From positions 1-23,854 of the forward strand of contig BAAFSQ010000152.1 of the NCBI GenBank assembly GCA_054661495.1: a DNA stretch of 23,854 bases, read 5' to 3'. The position numbers and the translations under genes were made by a program. The stretch is from Zygophlyctis sp. KS116 (lineage: Eukaryota > Fungi > Chytridiomycota). The notes under the pieces are model-generated. The model made no database searches. It was not told where the DNA came from and worked only from the letters and a program-made list of their open reading frames with translations. Below are positions 20,501 to 23,854 of the stretch, in pieces (position 1 is the stretch's first letter; each line of letters opens with the position of its first letter).

Positions 20501-21730
20501 AGTCGTTAGGGTATAACTGGCACAACTTAGCTAAATCATGTTCTGTGTTCTGACATGTTAAGCAAATGTGTACAATGCCAGCGCTACAATATACAAAAAA
20601 TTGGCTACCGTCCTCTCACTCCGATACATGCTTCCTTGCCTTTCGATCATATTGCGATCGATCTAGCTGGTCCCTTCCCAACATCAGCCTCCGGATTCAA
20701 TTACGTGTTAGTTCATGTGGATTGCCTCACTCGATTCATCATTCTTAGACCATTACATTCAAAATTAGCTTCTGAAGTAGCTCAGCAGTTGTTCTATATC
20801 TGGTCTGATTTCGGTTTCCCAAAGATAATCCAGTCAGACAATGGTGGCGAATTTGTCAATTCTATTATGAAAGCGCTAACTACTAACCTTAGCATAGATC
20901 ATCGCCTAACTACTCCTTACAATCCTAGAGCTGAAGGTTTGGGTGAATCTGCTGTCAAAATATTCAAACAAGTGTTCGTGAAATTGATATTTTCGGATTA
21001 TTCAAGTTGGGAGCAATCTCTACCAGCTATACAATATTTTATTAACTTAAAGGTTCGCGCAGTTCATGGTTCAACAGCCTTTTCGATTATGTTCTCTCGA
21101 CAAGCGAATCCTTTTTCAGATTACAAATCTGCCAAGTCTTTACCTCTCTCACCTTCAGAACTCCGTACTCGATTACAGGCTATTCAACAAATTGTATTCC
21201 CAGCAATATCTGACAAGCTAAAGAATTCGCAAAATGTAATGGCGCAGAAGTTCAATACTAAGCATAAAGTACTAATTGATCCATTTTCGAATGGCTCGTA
21301 CGTCATGCGCATTGATAATACAAGAACAAGCTCTCTTCAGCCCAAGTACGAAGGTCCTTTCAAAGTCCTCAAACGCAACACTGGTGGTTCTTATGTCTTG
21401 CAAGACTCTACTCGTGCTCTTCTGTCTCGTAACTTCCCGCCTGATCATCTCAAACTCATCTCTTATGCCCCTGATTCATCTTCTCAGTCTTATGAAGTGC
21501 AAGCTATTCTTAATCATAGAGGAAATTATAATTCTCGTGAATATCTAGTCAAATGGAAAAACTCAACTTTCAAGGACGCTTGGATCAAACACACTGATTT
21601 TGATGATTTAGATATTATTCGTCGCTACTGGAAACGTCGCTCTATTACGGGTTCCACTCTGATAGGGGATAATGATGTAACAACACCTAAACCTAAAATT
21701 CCTAAGACTAAACCTTATTCTACAACTTAG
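17551..21730 (+). pseudogene. Disrupted gypsy gag-pol
   Basis: ATG 17551; in-frame stops TAA 17677 and TGA 17947; frameshifts or deletions near 18040, 19240, 19470, 20375 and 20550. Motifs CYKCNAPWSREHSC, ILDTGA, YVDD, ATDAS, IQSDNGGEF, KYEGPFKV and chromodomain YEVQAILNHR...EYLVKWK. Confidence 0.9.
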
Positions 21731-21931
21731 AGGATTCGTCGTCCGAAATCAAACAACTGAACGATAAGAGCAATCTTTTCCTGTTAAATGAGCACAGGTT
21801 TTTACAGATACTCTTCTTCTCTTTCGAGAACATTCTAGAAGCTGCCGCAGCCTATTCTTAAACATGGCCGCAGCCTATTTGCATCACAACAATAAAATTT
21901 TTAGTCTCATTGACCTGCTCTTATCAAAACA
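21673..21931 (+). repeat. gypsy 3' LTR
   Basis: Matches the 5' LTR except at position 3 (TGA vs TGT). Confidence 0.95.
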
Positions 21932-22227
21932 CTATGGATGCTCAGCTCATCAAAATGTGACTCATAAGATGAAGGTATGCCCACACTTCCAGGAAGATAA
22001 TCCTTTTAAATTAAATGGTGTTGAGGATTCAACAATGTTGAAATATTCATCCTGAGTAAGAAGGTCTATTGGATGGCCTAGGTTTATGTTGCACTTGGTG
22101 TTTTTAAGTCCTGGGTCTATGTCATGGCTCAGGTGGAGCTTATTGGAGTTATCATCTTAAAAGAAGCTTATAGTCTTATACAAGTGTCTGGGATGTTCTG
22201 GATGGTTCTGGCACCCCGAGAGCTTCG

Positions 22228-23511
22228 TTGATATCTTGTCCCAGAATCTTGCAAACGTCAACTTTTCGAGTGACGATGAATGTGGAGGTTGGCTTAGATG
22301 ATGTATCTCATGATAACTCTAAGAGTGGGTCTGAAGCCTTAGTTAAATTTGTAAATGGTACTACAAACCTTTCCGTCGCGAATGTTGAAACGCTTGACGA
22401 GGTAGTCCAGGTAGACAGTACTATTGGCGGGTCGAATGATGCTCTATTTGACAATGCGTATGTTCATCCATCTCGAGCAGATGTGAACGCCGGAGGTGTT
22501 GACCTGGGCACAGTAGAACTTACAGCTAGTCCTAGATGCCGACCAGAATATACAACCGTAGTAGCTTCCACAGCTTTCGATAATTCGTCCCATTGTCAAA
22601 GCAAAGCTTTGAACGTGGTGAAGCAGTCGATGCGCTTGACAACTAGAGGTTTTCTACCCCCCAACCAATCTTCGGAAAGCGAATTTTCGGCTCAAATGAA
22701 TTACCCGTGTCAACGAACTCCCTTCAGTTTTCTTACCGGAGAGGAAATAAATCTTCAGCCAATTGTACAGTTTAAGTTTCCTGCGAGTTTTTTTCGCCCT
22801 TATTCCAAGACTTTGGATAGATCTCCAGATATTCGAGGAGATTCGTTGAATTAGGATAAGAGTAGTTCGCACACTCCCTAGAAGAGTTAGATCTTTATGG
22901 GCTTCCATTTAGAGAGAGGCCATAAAGCTTGTTATAGATAATCCCATGGATTTCGACTATCATGGAAGATTACATATGTGACCTTAATGTGTTCTACAGG
23001 CTAAACCCTTTTCCTTGGCTATCCATGACATGATACGAGAAATTTTCCAAAATTGAAGGTCTTGATTTAAATGCATGGTATTTAGGTGCCAGAACTCTTA
23101 TGGGCCCTACTCCCAAATTGATGGAAGCATTGATCTCAAAACAGTCTGATAAAGTAAACCTAATTAAACATTAGAAAATGCGAAATTTGGTGGCCCACAA
23201 TCGAAGCCCATGACATCAGACAGGTATATAGTCGACGAGCCTTTCATTTAGTGTTAAGTAACGCCGCTGGCACTGAGCTACTCGGGAGTTGTATTGGGTC
23301 AGAATCAGCAAAAGATGCAGTTTTGCAAAAACGTGTAGATAAGATTAAAGAAAGTCTGGCTGCTCTGCAATACGTTGATGACCCTCAATGTGCTCTAATA
23401 TTATTACGAGGTGTATCAGACATACATGGACAACATCTCCTCAAATGCGAAAGAGCTAAAAACAAGGGTCATATCTATCGCCATAATCGCTTCCGCGATA
23501 AACCCTCCTAA
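22228..23511 (+). pseudogene. Degenerate CRE/SLACS-like non-LTR retrotransposon RT relic; boundaries uncertain
   Basis: Frameshifted fragments PFSLAIHDMI and IEGLDLNAWYLG (decayed YLDD motif) near 23010-23090, and GTELLGSCIGS...LQYVDDPQCALILLR (23251-23410). Membership of the 22228-22854 ORF in this element is unsupported beyond position. Confidence 0.6.
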
Positions 23512-23623
23512 TGGACCGAAAAAATTTCTCATAGGAGAATTTTCTTATATAATTATATTTAATCAACTTTAATATTATATATATTTTATACTCTTATTAT
23601 CTAATTCTTATTAACTTCTTTTC

Positions 23624-23726
23624 CGTATTTGATTTCTTTCAACATTCAACTTTCAATACTCGGAATTTTTTTTAATCTTCTTATCGTATTTAATTTCTTT
23701 CAACATTCAACTTTCAATATTCGGAA
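23624..23726. repeat. 42-bp direct repeat x2 (61-bp period, 2 mismatches)
   Basis: CGTATTT(G/A)ATTTCTTTCAACATTCAACTTTCAATA(C/T)TCGGAA at 23624-23665 and 23685-23726. Confidence 0.85.
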
Positions 23727-23854
23727 AATTATAAAAATGCGAAAAAAGGAGGGTGCAAATTTTGTTGTACGTACAACAAGAATGGCGCAAAGTTTGTTGT
23801 ACACACAGAAGACATGCCTAGCCTCCGTAGGATCCGCTACGTAAACTTCGCTTC

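Larger units (their letters stand above)
17283..21931 (+). mobile_element. Ty3/gypsy chromovirus LTR retrotransposon (4649 bp), internally degenerate
   Basis: 259-bp LTRs (one mismatch), TSD CTATG at 17278-17282 and 21932-21936, PPT GATAGGGGATAA at 21661-21672, domain order gag-PR-RT-RH-IN-chromodomain. Confidence 0.95.

Noticed and set aside
17548-22908. Minor ORFs 17548-17814, 18338-18622, 18445-18879, 18791-19030, 20566-20748, 21276-21548, 21864-22055, 22654-22908
   Set aside because: Alternate-frame or antisense by-products of retroelement sequence.

Overview
Eukaryotic, AT-rich and extremely compact DNA, most likely from a zoosporic (chytrid-like) fungus; this is inferred from fungal-type FAO/ADE3/RSA4/ERJ5 genes plus a centriole-assembly STIL homologue. 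Bases 899-11232 hold six tightly packed genes with spacers of 2-80 nt, interrupted by 21 tiny spliceosomal introns of 25-33 nt that I resolved by hand. The genes are: long-chain alcohol oxidase (PTS1 -ARL), trifunctional C1-THF synthase, Rsa4/Notchless, a 93-aa orphan, STIL/Ana2/SAS-5 and an ER DnaJ protein. This island is flanked on the left by an APE-type non-LTR retroelement ORF. On the right is a transposon cluster: a Ty1/copia element (identical 311-bp LTRs, TSD TGAAG), a chromodomain Ty3/gypsy element (259-bp LTRs, TSD CTATG, decayed internal region) and a CRE-like RT relic. The most interesting signals are three. (i) The gypsy primer-binding site has no tRNA match but is complementary to the element's own predicted polyadenylated 3' end. 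(ii) The copia PBS matches the anticodon arm of tRNA-Asn, suggesting half-tRNA priming. (iii) FAO and ADE3 are separated by only 2 nt, with interdigitated candidate TATA and poly(A) signals. All calls come from manual reading; no database searches were run.
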